Part shown: positions 38,219 through 48,853 of the stretch, piece by piece
Layout of the letters: every line of letters starts with the position of its first letter
Numbering within the stretch: the stretch's first letter is position 1
Assembly: GCA_963422615.1 (NCBI GenBank)
Contig: OY730414.1
Span: 434,001 to 498,000, forward strand
Origin: Longimicrobiales bacterium
GTDB lineage: Bacteria; Gemmatimonadota; Gemmatimonadetes; Longimicrobiales; Gaopeijiaceae
DNA length: 64,000 nucleotides
Direction: 5' to 3'
Made by a program: the position numbers and the translations under genes
Notes under the pieces: generated by a model
Seen by the model: the letters and a program-made list of their open reading frames with translations, nothing else
Database searches by the model: none
What the model was told of the DNA's origin: nothing

Positions 38219-39430
38219 ATGGCCCAGACATACTTCCGCAAGGGGTTCGGCCTCAAGGCCCAGGTCAGACCCCTGATCAACATGGAATACCAGTCCGCCC
38301 TGGTTGAGCGGATCCGATCCCGAGCGTACACCGATCGCTTCGGGGACGTAACGGTACGTCTCGCGAAGGATTTCGGATTCTGTTACGGAGTCGACCGCGC
38401 TGTGGACTACGCGTACGAGACCCGTCACAAATTCCCGGACAAGCGCATTTTTCTCGTGGGCGAAATCATTCACAATCCGCATGTGAACCGGCGGTTGCGG
38501 GAAATGGGAATCGACTTCCTCTCCCCGGGCGCCGACGGCGAATTCGACTTCGGCCGCGTAACCCCGGAAGATGTGGTCATCATCCCGGCGTTCGGGGTCA
38601 CCCTTCGGGACATGGAGAAACTCAGGCAAGTGGGTTGCATCCTTGTCGACACGACGTGCGGATCGGTGCTCCTGGTCTGGAAGCGGGTGGAAAACTACGC
38701 CCGGGACGGTTTCACCGCGGTGATCCACGGAAAGCACCTGCACGAGGAATCCCGAGCCACGGCCAGCCAGGTACATCGCCACGACGGAGGACGGTACATC
38801 GTCGTCCGGGACATGGACGAAGCCGAGATCGTCGGCGCCTACATGACCGCGCGACCGGGTCGGCTGACCCGGGAGGACTTCCTTCGGCGATTCGCAGACC
38901 GAATGTCCGAGGGCTTCGACCCGGACAGAGACCTGGAAAAAATCGGCGTGGCCAACCAAACGACCATGCTGGCCACCGAGTCGATCGCCATCGGGGCCCG
39001 CCTGCGGGAGATGATGGCGGAAGCGAAAGGGGAAGCCCACGCAGAGGAACACTTCCGGTCGTTCGGGACCATCTGCTCCGCGACCCAGGAACGCCAGGAC
39101 GCCGTGATCGAGATGATGCGGTCCCCTCCCGACCTCATGCTCGTCATGGGCGGGTACAACTCGTCGAACACGAATCATCTCGCTCACCTTTGCCGGACTT
39201 ACACGACGACGTATCACATTGAGGACGCTGCTTGCATCGATGTGGAGACGGGCGGGATCCGGCACAAGCCCGAACTGGATGCCAGTGCGCCTGAGGTGGT
39301 GGAGCGGACCTGGCTCCCGGCAGCGCCCTTCGAGTTGGGGATTACCGCAGGCGCCTCCACACCGAACAACAAGATCGGCGAAGCCTTGTTGCGGATTCTG
39401 GAGATCCGTGGAATCGAGGCAGAGATCTAA
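38219..39430 (+). CDS. ispH: 4-hydroxy-3-methylbut-2-enyl diphosphate reductase
   Basis: Motifs FGFCYGVDRA, EIIHNP, VDTTC, HGK..HEE, NQTT, TICSATQERQ, SSNT and TAGASTP. Confidence 0.93.
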   Translation: MAQTYFRKGFGLKAQVRPLINMEYQSALVERIRSRAYTDRFGDVTVRLAKDFGFCYGVDRAVDYAYETRHKFPDKRIFLVGEIIHNPHVNRRLREMGIDFLSPGADGEFDFGRVTPEDVVIIPAFGVTLRDMEKLRQVGCILVDTTCGSVLLVWKRVENYARDGFTAVIHGKHLHEESRATASQVHRHDGGRYIVVRDMDEAEIVGAYMTARPGRLTREDFLRRFADRMSEGFDPDRDLEKIGVANQTTMLATESIAIGARLREMMAEAKGEAHAEEHFRSFGTICSATQERQDAVIEMMRSPPDLMLVMGGYNSSNTNHLAHLCRTYTTTYHIEDAACIDVETGGIRHKPELDASAPEVVERTWLPAAPFELGITAGASTPNNKIGEALLRILEIRGIEAEI

Positions 39431-39435
39431 GGCCC

Positions 39436-40854
39436 TTAGGCGTGCAACGCTCTCCCCAAGGCGGCCAGCGCCCCTTCGGCCACCGCCTCCGACAACGTCG
39501 GATGGGGATGCATGGCTCGGTCAATTTCCTCGACGGTGGACTCCAGGTGCCGGGCCATGACGAATTCCCCGATCAGCTCGGTGGCGTGGGGGCCGACGAT
39601 ATGGGCCCCCGCCACCTCCGAGTAGCGCTTGTTGCGGATTATCTTGACGAACCCCTCGGGGGATCCTCCGGCGGCGAGAGCTCGCCCGTTTCCCGCCCAG
39701 GGGAACGTCCCCACCTGGATGTCTAGGCCCTGCTCCCTCGCTTGTTCTTCGGTGAGTCCGACGGACGCGACCTCTGGGTGGCAATAGGTGCAGTTGGGAA
39801 TGTTGGCGTAGTCCACCGTATGCTGTCCGGCGCCAACGATGTGTTCCGCGGCAACCACACCTTCGTGCATTCCCTTATGGGCCAGAAGGGGAGGCCCGAC
39901 ACAGTCGCCCACCGCCCATACGCCCGGTGCGCTGGTTCGCATGGTTGCGTCGACGGCAATGAACCCGTTTTCGGTTCGGTTCACGCCCACCGCCCCAAGC
40001 CCGATGTCCAGGGTATTCGGGACTCGCCCAACGGCGGACAATACATAGTCCGCCTCCACTCTGTGGTCCCCGCCCTCCGCGTCGGTGAAGGAAATCCCGA
40101 CCCCGTCTTCCCTGACGACCGTCTCTTCCACCCGGGCACCCGTGAAAATGTCGATCCCCCGCCTCCCGAAGCTCCGGGCCACGACCCGTGACGAGTCCGA
40201 ATCTTCGACGGGCAACACCCGGTCCAGGGCCTCGATGACCGTGACCTTGCTGCCATATGCGGAGTAGATATCCGCGAACTCCATCCCGACGGCGCCGGCG
40301 CCCACAACGACCAGGGAAGGGGGGGCCTGCTTCTGAAAGAGGGCACCGGTGGAAGACCAGACCCGTTTCTCGTCAATAGGCAGAAAAGGTAGGTTCTTCG
40401 GGCGCGAACCGGTGGCGACGATGATGTGGCCCGCCGCAAGCATCCGCTTCCTGCCATCCACCTCCACCTCCACTCCGCCGCTCCCCAAAAGTCTCCCGCG
40501 TCCCTTCACATGGGTCACTCCGTTCTTCCTGAAGAGGAACGCGACCCCCCTGGAAAGCCGGTTCGCCACCGCCCGGCTGCGGGCCTGAGCGGGCCCCAGG
40601 TCTGTGCGGAATCCGTCGAAGGAAATACCGTGTCCGCTCGCCTCCGCCAGCTCATTCACCAGCAGAGCACTGCTCAACAGCGCCTTGGTCGGTATGCAAC
40701 CGACGTTCAGACACACGCCGCCCAGCTTGTCCGCCTCGACGCACGCCGTCTTCAGGCCCAGTTGCCCCGCCCGGATGGCGGCGACATAGCCTCCCGGACC
40801 GCCACCGATGACCACAACATCGAAATTCCCGTCGTCCTTCGAATTAGCTGTCAC
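39436..40854 (-). CDS. lpdA: Dihydrolipoamide dehydrogenase (E3)
   Basis: Motifs GGGPGGY, GGVCLNVGCIPTK and HPHPTLSE. Confidence 0.95.
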   Translation of the reverse strand: MTANSKDDGNFDVVVIGGGPGGYVAAIRAGQLGLKTACVEADKLGGVCLNVGCIPTKALLSSALLVNELAEASGHGISFDGFRTDLGPAQARSRAVANRLSRGVAFLFRKNGVTHVKGRGRLLGSGGVEVEVDGRKRMLAAGHIIVATGSRPKNLPFLPIDEKRVWSSTGALFQKQAPPSLVVVGAGAVGMEFADIYSAYGSKVTVIEALDRVLPVEDSDSSRVVARSFGRRGIDIFTGARVEETVVREDGVGISFTDAEGGDHRVEADYVLSAVGRVPNTLDIGLGAVGVNRTENGFIAVDATMRTSAPGVWAVGDCVGPPLLAHKGMHEGVVAAEHIVGAGQHTVDYANIPNCTYCHPEVASVGLTEEQAREQGLDIQVGTFPWAGNGRALAAGGSPEGFVKIIRNKRYSEVAGAHIVGPHATELIGEFVMARHLESTVEEIDRAMHPHPTLSEAVAEGALAALGRALHA

Positions 40855-40912
40855 AGAACACCTCGTTGGGGGAACAGATTCCGCCTGACCATGCCCGAAT
40901 TCGGATCTCTCC

Positions 40913-42169
40913 CTAGATCAGAATCGCCGCCGGCTCTTCCAGGAAGGCCTTCAGCGTGGCCAGGAACCGGGCGCCTTGAGCCCCGTCGATCACTCGGTGG
41001 TCGCAGCTCAGGGTAAGCCGCATCGTCGGGCAAAGGACGAGCTGGCCCTCCCGGGCCACCGGACGTTCCCTGATCGTGCCCACTGCAAGGATGCCGGCCT
41101 CCGGCGGGTTGATCACGGCCGTGAACTCGTCGATCCCGAACATGCCCAAATTCGAGATGGAAAAGGTGGACCCAGTGTACTCGTGCGGCTGGAGCTTCTT
41201 CTCCCGGGCGCGCACGGCGAGCTCACGCACCTCGGCGCCGATCCGGGCCAACCCCTTGGACTGAGCATCCCTGACAACCGGTGTGATCAGGCCTCCGGGC
41301 ACCGCAACCGCCACCCCCATGTGGACGCGGTTGAAGCGGCGGATGAAGCCGTCCTGCCACCAAGCGTTGCAGTCGGGGTGGCGGATGAGTGCGGCGGCGG
41401 CGGCCCTGACGACGAGGTCGTTGACCGACACCTTGCCGCTTCCGTCCAGCACGTTGTTGATGCGCGCCCGAGCTTCCATCGCGCGGCGCATGTCGGCTTC
41501 CACGGTGAGGAAGAAGTGGGGCACGGGGCCCAGGGATTCGGTCAGCCGCCGGGCGACGGTTTTCCTCATCTGTGACAAGGGCACGTCGACGAAGTCTTCG
41601 CCCGGGACAGGCGGAGCCTGCGGTGAAGGAGCGTCGGGTGGTGCTTCGGTGTTGGCAGGAACCGCAGGGAGCCGGGCAGCCTCCCGTTCGATGTCCCGCT
41701 TGACGATCCGGCCCCCGGGGCCGGTGCCTGAAATGCCGTGCAGGTCAACCGACAGATCCCGAGCCAAACGGCGGGCGACGGGCGACACCTTGGTTCGGCC
41801 AGGAACGGCAGAGGAGGCGGACGCATCCGGAGAGGAGCTCTTCTCGGTGGAAGAGGCGGCCGTCGGTTCATCCGGGCTCGAAGGGGAGTCGGCGGGGGCC
41901 GCGGTCTGGATCAGCCCCTCAATGTCCTCGTCGGGGGCAGCGATTACGGCGATCACATCTCCGACCGGAGCCACGCCTCCGTCGCCGACAAGGATCTTCC
42001 TGAGGACCCCCTCCCCGCGAGCCACCAGCTCCATCGTGGCCTTGTCGGTCTCGATCTCGGCGAGGATCTCTTCCCGTGCGACCGGGTCTCCCTCATTCTT
42101 TAGCCACCTGACGACCTGGCCCTCTTCCATGGTCGGAGACAGCGCTTCCATGTGGACTCGGGTTGCCAT
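40913..42169 (-). CDS. pdhC: Pyruvate dehydrogenase E2 dihydrolipoamide acetyltransferase
   Basis: Lipoyl domain IETDKATME, GTGPGGRI, SNLGMFG and DHRVIDG. Confidence 0.93.
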   Translation of the reverse strand: MATRVHMEALSPTMEEGQVVRWLKNEGDPVAREEILAEIETDKATMELVARGEGVLRKILVGDGGVAPVGDVIAVIAAPDEDIEGLIQTAAPADSPSSPDEPTAASSTEKSSSPDASASSAVPGRTKVSPVARRLARDLSVDLHGISGTGPGGRIVKRDIEREAARLPAVPANTEAPPDAPSPQAPPVPGEDFVDVPLSQMRKTVARRLTESLGPVPHFFLTVEADMRRAMEARARINNVLDGSGKVSVNDLVVRAAAAALIRHPDCNAWWQDGFIRRFNRVHMGVAVAVPGGLITPVVRDAQSKGLARIGAEVRELAVRAREKKLQPHEYTGSTFSISNLGMFGIDEFTAVINPPEAGILAVGTIRERPVAREGQLVLCPTMRLTLSCDHRVIDGAQGARFLATLKAFLEEPAAILI

Positions 42170-42170
42170 C

Positions 42171-43163
42171 CTACGCCGCTCCCGAGGGCAGGTAGAGGGC
42201 CCTCTTGCAGGCTTCGATGATTCCTGTCACGCTGGGCTTGGCCAGCTGCTCCAAGTTCTTTGCGTAGGGCATCGGCACATCGGCCTGAGCGACCCGGATG
42301 ACCGGTGAATCCAAGTGGTCGAAGGCTTCCTCCTGGATGAGCGACACGATCTGGGCGCCGACGCCGACGAAGGGCCACCCCTCCTCCACGTAAACGGCCC
42401 GGTTGGTTCTGGCCACCGTCGCCAAGATGGCATCCACATCCAGGGGCCGAATGGAGCGAAGGTCCAGCACATCCGCTTCCACCCCTTCCCGGGAGAGCCG
42501 GTCGGCGGCTTGCAGCGCGACGTGAACCATCTTGCCGTGGGTGATGATGCTGACATCTTCCCCGGAACGCTTCCGCTCGGCAACCCCCAGTGGGATTACG
42601 TACTCCCCGTCCGGCACTTGACCCTTGACGTTGTAGAGGAGCTCTCCCTCCATCACGGCCACCGGGTCGTCGTCCCGGATGGCTGCGGCCAGGAGCCCCT
42701 TGGCGTCGGCGGGGGTCGCCGGGGTCACCAGCTTCACGCCAGGGGCATGAACGTAGTAGGTCTCGCACGCTTGGGAGTGCTGAGCCGAGAGCTGAAGCGC
42801 CGCCCCACCGGGGCCTCGGAAGACGATCGGCACGTTGATCTGGCCGTTTGTCATGTACAGCATTTTCGCTGCGTTGTTGATTACCTGGTCCAGGGCAAGA
42901 ATGGAAAAGTTGAAGGTCATGAATTCGCATATCGGCCGCAGGCCGGCCATCGCCGCACCCACGCACAGCCCGGCAAAGCCCAGCTCACTGATGGGCGCGT
43001 CAACGACCCGCCGGGCGCCATACCGTTCCAGCATTCCCCGGGAAACCTTGTAGGCACCGTCGTACTCGGCCACCTCTTCGCCCATGAGAAAAACCGTTTC
43101 GTCCCGGTCCATTTCTTGGACCATCGCGGCATTGAGAGCCTCCCGGTACGTCAGCTCGGTCAT
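42171..43163 (-). CDS. pdhB: Pyruvate dehydrogenase E1 beta subunit
   Basis: Motifs TYREALN, GEEVAEYDGAYKVS, PISE, AQHSQ and DLRSIRPLD. Confidence 0.93.
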   Translation of the reverse strand: MTELTYREALNAAMVQEMDRDETVFLMGEEVAEYDGAYKVSRGMLERYGARRVVDAPISELGFAGLCVGAAMAGLRPICEFMTFNFSILALDQVINNAAKMLYMTNGQINVPIVFRGPGGAALQLSAQHSQACETYYVHAPGVKLVTPATPADAKGLLAAAIRDDDPVAVMEGELLYNVKGQVPDGEYVIPLGVAERKRSGEDVSIITHGKMVHVALQAADRLSREGVEADVLDLRSIRPLDVDAILATVARTNRAVYVEEGWPFVGVGAQIVSLIQEEAFDHLDSPVIRVAQADVPMPYAKNLEQLAKPSVTGIIEACKRALYLPSGAA

Positions 43164-43208
43164 CGGCCGCCTTCCTTCCCGATCCATCGTCAGTCGGACT
43201 TCATGCTC

Positions 43209-44429
43209 TTATGCGCCGAACGGGCCGCTCTCCGACGGGCGGGACCGGGGAGCCGCGGCCCTCCGGTCCCGCCCGTCAAAGAAGAGCCGACCGGAGTCGT
43301 TCGTGACCGCATAGACATGGTCGTAGAGGGTGGAGGGGGCCGGCAACGGTGACGCGTCGGCGAAGTCGGTGGCGTCATCGCAGATGGCCCGCACATTCGA
43401 ATCCATCGCTTCCAGCTCCTCCTGGTCCAGGAGTCCTGCCTCCATGAGACGGTCCCGCAAGATCACGATGGGATCCCGCTCCCGGGTCTGCCTCTCCACC
43501 TCCGCCTTCGACCGGTACGTGCCCGAAACCGGGTCCGACATGGAGTGCCCCCGGAAGCGATACGTAACCGCGTTGACGAACTGGGGACCCGCTCCATTCC
43601 GCACATCGTCCGCCAACCGGGCAAAGAACTCAAATGTAGCCAGGACATCCTGGCCGTCGACGGTATGGGCCGGGATGCCGTACGCCCCCGAGCGATCCTC
43701 CATTTTCGTCAGCGACACCCGGGGAAAGGAAGTGCCCATTCCGTAACCGTTGTTTTCCACAACGTAGACGACCGGGAGCTGCCAGATCGCCGACATGTTC
43801 AAGGACTCCAGGAACGCTCCCTGATTGACCGCCGCATCGCCCATGAAACACACGCAGATCTGGTCTCCGCCCCGGTACTTGATCGCCCATGCGAGCCCGG
43901 CACCCAGGGGAATCTGTCCGCCCACGATCCCGTGTCCGCCCATGAAGCCGACCGACGTGTCGAAGAGGTGCATCGACCCGCCCCGCCCTCCCGAGCATCC
44001 GTCCGTGCGTCCGTACAACTCGGCCATGACCGCCCGGGGGGCGATGCCCTTGGCGATCGCCTGGGTGTGTTCCCGGTAAGCGGTGATGACCAGATCGTCT
44101 TCCCGCAGAGGCTTGATCGCCCCCGCGGCAAGGCCCTCCTGACCGATGTGGATGTGGCAGAAGCCGCCGATCTTCCCGATGGCGTACGCCTCTTCCGCTT
44201 TCTCTTCGAAGCGGCGGTAAAGGAGCATCTCCCGAAGGAGTGCGTGGAGCCGGCCTCGGGAAAAGCCGCCGATTCCATCATCGTTCCGGATCGAGCGACG
44301 CCGGGGGTGGGGCAAGACGCCCGCTTCAGCCTCCCCGGGGTGAGTCGTCGAACCATCGGGTGCGGTTCCCAGTCCCGGTCCCTTGGTCGCGGCGGCCTTC
44401 GCTTTTCCCTTGCTCTTTGTCGGCGCCAT
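43209..44429 (-). CDS. pdhA: Pyruvate dehydrogenase E1 alpha subunit
   Basis: Motifs IGGFCHIHIGQE, GRGGSMH, GDAAVNQG..ENN and YRFRGHSMSDP. Confidence 0.93.
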   Translation of the reverse strand: MAPTKSKGKAKAAATKGPGLGTAPDGSTTHPGEAEAGVLPHPRRRSIRNDDGIGGFSRGRLHALLREMLLYRRFEEKAEEAYAIGKIGGFCHIHIGQEGLAAGAIKPLREDDLVITAYREHTQAIAKGIAPRAVMAELYGRTDGCSGGRGGSMHLFDTSVGFMGGHGIVGGQIPLGAGLAWAIKYRGGDQICVCFMGDAAVNQGAFLESLNMSAIWQLPVVYVVENNGYGMGTSFPRVSLTKMEDRSGAYGIPAHTVDGQDVLATFEFFARLADDVRNGAGPQFVNAVTYRFRGHSMSDPVSGTYRSKAEVERQTRERDPIVILRDRLMEAGLLDQEELEAMDSNVRAICDDATDFADASPLPAPSTLYDHVYAVTNDSGRLFFDGRDRRAAAPRSRPSESGPFGA

Positions 44430-44435
44430 CGGCGG

Positions 44436-45665
44436 TCAAGCCTCCATTCCCACTGCCCGTTGGGTCGTCTTCCGATGTCGGTTGGATCGGATTTGAATGA
44501 GTTCCTGCGGAAAGGGGGTCGGGGGGCGCGGGGATCGGGAAGTGCCCCCGCAGGGCGTCGCGCCGAAGTCGGCTCCGCCGGCCGGATTCCCTTCGCTGCC
44601 CGGAAGGATTTCGGCGGGAGCGGGAAGGTCCGTATCCATCACCTCCCGGATCGCCCCGGGCCCCCCCGCCTTCACTTCACGGGCCTGTTCCTTGGCGTGA
44701 TAGCTGGAGCGAACCAGCGGACCGGACTCCACGTGGCGGAAGCCGTACTCGTCTTCTCCGATGCGCTTCCACTCCATGAACTCCCCCGGGGTCACCCAGC
44801 GAGCCACCGGAATGTGCTGCTTCGAAGGCCGCAAGTACTGGCCCAGCGTCAAGATGTCCACGGCCGCCTCCCGGAGATCGGCCATCGCCTGGCGGATTTC
44901 TCCCGCCTCTTCGCCCATGCCCAAAATGATCCCCGTCTTGGTAAGGATCGCAGGGTCCATCCTTTTTGCAGCCCCCAGAAAAGAAATGGAACGCCAGTAG
45001 CGGCCGCCGGGACGCACATCCGGGTGAAGCCGCTTCACCGTTTCCAAATTATGACCCAGGATCGCGGGACCCGCCTCCATCACGATGCGCAACGCCGCTT
45101 CGTCGCCCTTGAAATCGGGAATGAGCACCTCGACAGAACACGCCGGAAGACTTGCCCGCACCTCCCGGATGGTCGCCGCGTAGATGCTGGCGCCCCCGTC
45201 CGCAAGTTCATCTCGATTGACGGAGGTGATCACGACATGGTCAAGGCCCATGGCGACAATGGTCTCCGCCACTCGGCGAGGCTCGTCCAGGTCCAGTTCC
45301 GAAGGCAATCCGTGAGCCACCGCACAGTACTTGCAAGCCCGAGTGCAAACATCGCCCAGAATCATGAAGGTGGCCGTCCCCGCCTCCCAGCACTCCCCGA
45401 TGTTGGGGCAGCCAGCCTCTTCGCACACCGTGTGGAGGGACCGGCTTCGCATCAGGTGCTTTAGTCGCAGGTAGTTTGGGCCGCCGGGCGAACGCACTTT
45501 GAGCCAGGACGGCTTGCGGGAAGTCATGGGGATGGTGTCCAGTCCCTCGTGGGCACGGATCCGCGAGGTGCCCTTGGGCTTCACAGTGCCTGTGTCCTTG
45601 CCCGCCGGGGCATATCCGCGCATCCCGCTTTTGGTCATTGATTCCGTCACAAATTCTCCGTTCAA
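44436..45665 (-). CDS. lipA: Lipoyl synthase
   Basis: CEEAGCPNIGEC, CTRACKYC, GQYLRPS and VRSSYHA, with a low-complexity C-terminal extension. Start uncertain. Confidence 0.93.
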   Translation of the reverse strand: MNGEFVTESMTKSGMRGYAPAGKDTGTVKPKGTSRIRAHEGLDTIPMTSRKPSWLKVRSPGGPNYLRLKHLMRSRSLHTVCEEAGCPNIGECWEAGTATFMILGDVCTRACKYCAVAHGLPSELDLDEPRRVAETIVAMGLDHVVITSVNRDELADGGASIYAATIREVRASLPACSVEVLIPDFKGDEAALRIVMEAGPAILGHNLETVKRLHPDVRPGGRYWRSISFLGAAKRMDPAILTKTGIILGMGEEAGEIRQAMADLREAAVDILTLGQYLRPSKQHIPVARWVTPGEFMEWKRIGEDEYGFRHVESGPLVRSSYHAKEQAREVKAGGPGAIREVMDTDLPAPAEILPGSEGNPAGGADFGATPCGGTSRSPRPPTPFPQELIQIRSNRHRKTTQRAVGMEA

Positions 45666-46423
45666 AGAGAATCTCCGTCTGTCTGCACGCGCTCCTGGCG
45701 GGCTTCCTCGTTTTGCTCGAGGGCTCGGAGAACATGGTCCCGGGCCTGGACGGGATCGTCGGTGACGAAGAAAAGATCCAAGTCATCCCGATCGATTTTT
45801 TCTTCTGCAGCCATGGTGGCGCGCAGCCACCCGACCAAGTCACGCCAGTACTCGGATCCGAAAAGAACAACGGGGAAATTCCGTATCTTCCCGGTTTGGA
45901 TGAGCGTAAGAGATTCGAACAGTTCATCCATGGTTCCAAAGCCACCCGGGAAGATCACAAAAGCTTGTGCGAATTTCATAAACATCGTCTTGCGCACAAA
46001 GAAATAGCGAAAATCGACCGTGACGTCCGCGAAATCGTTATTCGACTGTTCGAAGGGCAGTTCGATGTTGCATCCGGCGGAAATGGTGCCCGCCTCCCGG
46101 GCGCCTCGGTTCGCCGCCTCCATCATCCCCGGGCCACCCCCCGTGATGATCGAGAAGCCGACCTCCCCCAGAAGCCGTGCGGTCTCAACACATCGCCTGT
46201 ACATCGGGTCGCCGGCGCGTACCCGTGCAGAACCGAAGATGGCTACGGCCGGACCGATCTTTGCCAGCTTCTCGAACCCCTCCACGAATTCGCCCATAAT
46301 GCGGAAGACCCGCCACGTGTTCCGGACGGTCGCTTCGAGTTCTTCTTCGCTCTCGAACAGGAGTTCGTCCTCGGTGGGCCACCTCTTGGGGATCGGGAAC
46401 GGGGCAGAGCTATCGGAGGACAT
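45662..46423 (-). CDS. LOG family (TIGR00730-type) nucleotide phosphoribohydrolase
   Basis: Motifs FGSAR, TGGGPGMMEAANRGA, FFVRK and PGGFGTMDE. Confidence 0.9.
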   Translation of the reverse strand: MSSDSSAPFPIPKRWPTEDELLFESEEELEATVRNTWRVFRIMGEFVEGFEKLAKIGPAVAIFGSARVRAGDPMYRRCVETARLLGEVGFSIITGGGPGMMEAANRGAREAGTISAGCNIELPFEQSNNDFADVTVDFRYFFVRKTMFMKFAQAFVIFPGGFGTMDELFESLTLIQTGKIRNFPVVLFGSEYWRDLVGWLRATMAAEEKIDRDDLDLFFVTDDPVQARDHVLRALEQNEEARQERVQTDGDSL

Positions 46424-46512
46424 ACGTCACCGCCAACCCCGGATACGTTGCCACGGCGTACCTTGACAGCCTGACCCCAACCTCTGCCCGGCACGCCGGG
46501 TTCCAGATCTTC

Positions 46513-47379
46513 TTAGCCATTCGTCCCGGATTCGGGTTCCGACAGGCCGTCCAGGTACTCCGACGCCTGCTGCCGCAGAACCGGAAGCAAGTCGGCGTGC
46601 CCTTCTTCGTTCGAAGTCCCATACTCCACCAGCCCGGACTGGAGTTCCTCTTCGTACGCATCCACAAGTGTACCATAGTAGGTGGCTGCCCGTGTCGAGT
46701 CGCCCAGGAGGAGGGCGCCTTCGGCGGCCGCCCCCAGGCAGAGCAGATGAGTGGGCCTCACCGCCAATCCCGCTTCTGCGGTGGCCAGGGCCGAGGCCCC
46801 GTCGCCAGCGGCGGCGTGGAGGAGGGAAAGGTGGAACCAGTCATGGGGGTTCAAGTCCACGATACGGTCGTAGGAGGCGATGGCCATGGGCAAGAAGCGC
46901 TCCGCCTCCGCTCGGTTGCCCGCCTCTACCGCGGACATGACTCGCGTGAACAGCCTGTTCGACGCATCTCTGGGAGTCATCGATGCCAAGTCCACAGCCG
47001 ATGTGGGCCCCAGGGCGCTTCCCTGTTCAGTCGGCGGGGGGGACAACGTAATCTCCCGCTGCCCTCCCTTCCGCGTGACCATAACCACGACGAGAGCCAA
47101 CGCCAGAACCCCGACGACTGCGACGACCGCGATCGCCGAGAGAAGCCTCCTCCCGACCCCCGTCTTGGCCTCAACTTCAGGCCCCGAGCGGGGCAGCGTC
47201 GTTCCGCAAATTGTGCAAAAACGGTCTCCCACCCCGGAAGGGGCATCGCAACCCGGACAGGGCAAACCGCGCAATCCCCCCCCACACTGCGGGCAGAAGT
47301 TGGCGTCGGGGGGCAATTCCCGGTGTCTGCAAGAGGGGCAGGAGTCCTCCGTTCCCGAAGTCATTCCGCGAGAAGTCAT
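46513..47379 (-). CDS. Double zinc-ribbon membrane protein with a helical/TPR-like C-terminus
   Basis: Four CxxC pairs, one TM helix and a helical-repeat-like C-terminal domain. Confidence 0.7.
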   Translation of the reverse strand: MTSRGMTSGTEDSCPSCRHRELPPDANFCPQCGGGLRGLPCPGCDAPSGVGDRFCTICGTTLPRSGPEVEAKTGVGRRLLSAIAVVAVVGVLALALVVVMVTRKGGQREITLSPPPTEQGSALGPTSAVDLASMTPRDASNRLFTRVMSAVEAGNRAEAERFLPMAIASYDRIVDLNPHDWFHLSLLHAAAGDGASALATAEAGLAVRPTHLLCLGAAAEGALLLGDSTRAATYYGTLVDAYEEELQSGLVEYGTSNEEGHADLLPVLRQQASEYLDGLSEPESGTNG

Positions 47380-47507
47380 TCCGCCAGCCTTCCGCCAACT
47401 ACGGCGTAGAAAACGGAACGGCGCATCCACATCCGAGAATGAGGGCCCGGGAGGCATGGGGGCGCATCGGCGGGTTGGGTTCCGTGATCATAATCTAAAT
47501 CTACGAA

Positions 47508-48266
47508 CTACAACCCGGTGGGGGAGTCAACGAACAGGCCCCCCACCCCGAAACGGTCCTCCAGCAGGGCGACGACCTCCTTCACGCCTCCCGTTTCGGT
47601 GGCGTAGTGCCCCGCCAGGAAAACGGTCACCCCTACTTCGGCCGCTTCGATGGCGTGATGATGCTGTGCTTCCCCGGTCACCAGCGCGTCAAGCCCCTCT
47701 TCCGCAGCTTCACCCAGGGCGGAAGCTCCCGCCCCCGTAATGACGCCCACCGTAGTAACAGTCTTGGGACCGCCGGGGAGGGTGTGTATCCGGCTTCCCG
47801 TGAGGGAAGCGAGTCGTTCGGCGATTGTTTCCACTGGCATTCGGATCTTTCCCTTCCAGCCAACATGTGTGTCCTTGAAGGTCCCGAAGGGTTCCAACCC
47901 TTCCATGCCCAGATCCCGGGCAAGCAGGGCGGCATTCCCTATCCGGGCGTGGGCGTCAAGGGGAAGGTGAACACTGTACAGGGCGGTGCCACTCTCGATC
48001 AGCGCTTTGACCCGTCGGAAGTGACGACCTGTTAGCGGATGGAGACCCTGCCAGAACAGGCCATGGTGGACCACCAGGAGGTCGGCCTGGCTTCTCGCCA
48101 AATGGATGACCGCCTCGCTTGCGTCCACCGCCCCGGTCACGCGCCTGACGGGCCCGTCGCTCTCCACCTGGAGCCCGTTGAGGGCATTGGGGTAGTCCGG
48201 GATCCGCCCCACCTCCAGGTAGGAATCGAGGAAGGCGACGATCTCTGCCAACGCCACGGCGGGCAC
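47508..48266 (-). CDS. Nif3-like dinuclear metal centre protein
   Basis: Motifs NGLQVE, VHHGLFW, HLPLDAH, TGE and AGHYATE. Confidence 0.92.
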   Translation of the reverse strand: MPAVALAEIVAFLDSYLEVGRIPDYPNALNGLQVESDGPVRRVTGAVDASEAVIHLARSQADLLVVHHGLFWQGLHPLTGRHFRRVKALIESGTALYSVHLPLDAHARIGNAALLARDLGMEGLEPFGTFKDTHVGWKGKIRMPVETIAERLASLTGSRIHTLPGGPKTVTTVGVITGAGASALGEAAEEGLDALVTGEAQHHHAIEAAEVGVTVFLAGHYATETGGVKEVVALLEDRFGVGGLFVDSPTGL

Positions 48267-48272
48267 GAAGTC

Positions 48273-48746
48273 CTACTTCTTTGGCGGTCTGGGGGAAACT
48301 TGACCGCTTCTGCCCACCCTCGGCGGAACCGCCTTCCCGGCCGTTCTTGTCTTCTTTCCAGCCACGATTCCGCCGCCGGCCCCTGTCCCTTCGATCCTCC
48401 CGACGTTGACGGTTCCGTTCACCTTCCCGCCTGCTTCCAACTGAAGGCACGCCGTGCGAAGTTCTCCGTCGACCTTGCTGGTACTCCGAAGCTCGAGGCG
48501 AACCGAAGCCACGATCTCCCCGGTTACCGATCCCGCGATGACAGCTTCCTGGGTCGTGATGTCTCCCGTCACCCTCCCGTTCCTCCCGATCAATACTGCC
48601 TTTTCGGCGTAAACGGACCCTTCAATGACACCTTCAATGCGAATCTTGTCTTTGGTCTTGCAGTCACCCAAGACGTGCATTCCGGGCCCGATGATGGATA
48701 GAATCGTATCGGACCGGGATGCCGCACCAGAGCCGTCTTTGGCCAT
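48273..48746 (-). CDS. Bactofilin (polymer-forming cytoskeletal protein)
   Basis: Beta-helix repeats SIIGPGMHVLGD..IRIEGVIEGSV..IGRNGRVTGDI..AGSVTGEI..GGKVNG. Confidence 0.88.
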   Translation of the reverse strand: MAKDGSGAASRSDTILSIIGPGMHVLGDCKTKDKIRIEGVIEGSVYAEKAVLIGRNGRVTGDITTQEAVIAGSVTGEIVASVRLELRSTSKVDGELRTACLQLEAGGKVNGTVNVGRIEGTGAGGGIVAGKKTRTAGKAVPPRVGRSGQVSPRPPKK

Positions 48747-48853
48747 ATTCCGTCTTCCTTTTCGGCGTCTCCGTCGGATGACGGAGAGAAGATTGGCGGG
48801 GCGGAAACCTGCAATCAAACGACCTCGATTTGTCAAAACTTGCTCCTTAGCGC

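Noticed and set aside
47357..47384. 13-bp direct repeat GAAGTCATTCCGC (15-bp period)
   Set aside because: Two copies only, at the start of the zinc-ribbon gene (GMTS twice); a micro-duplication, not an array.
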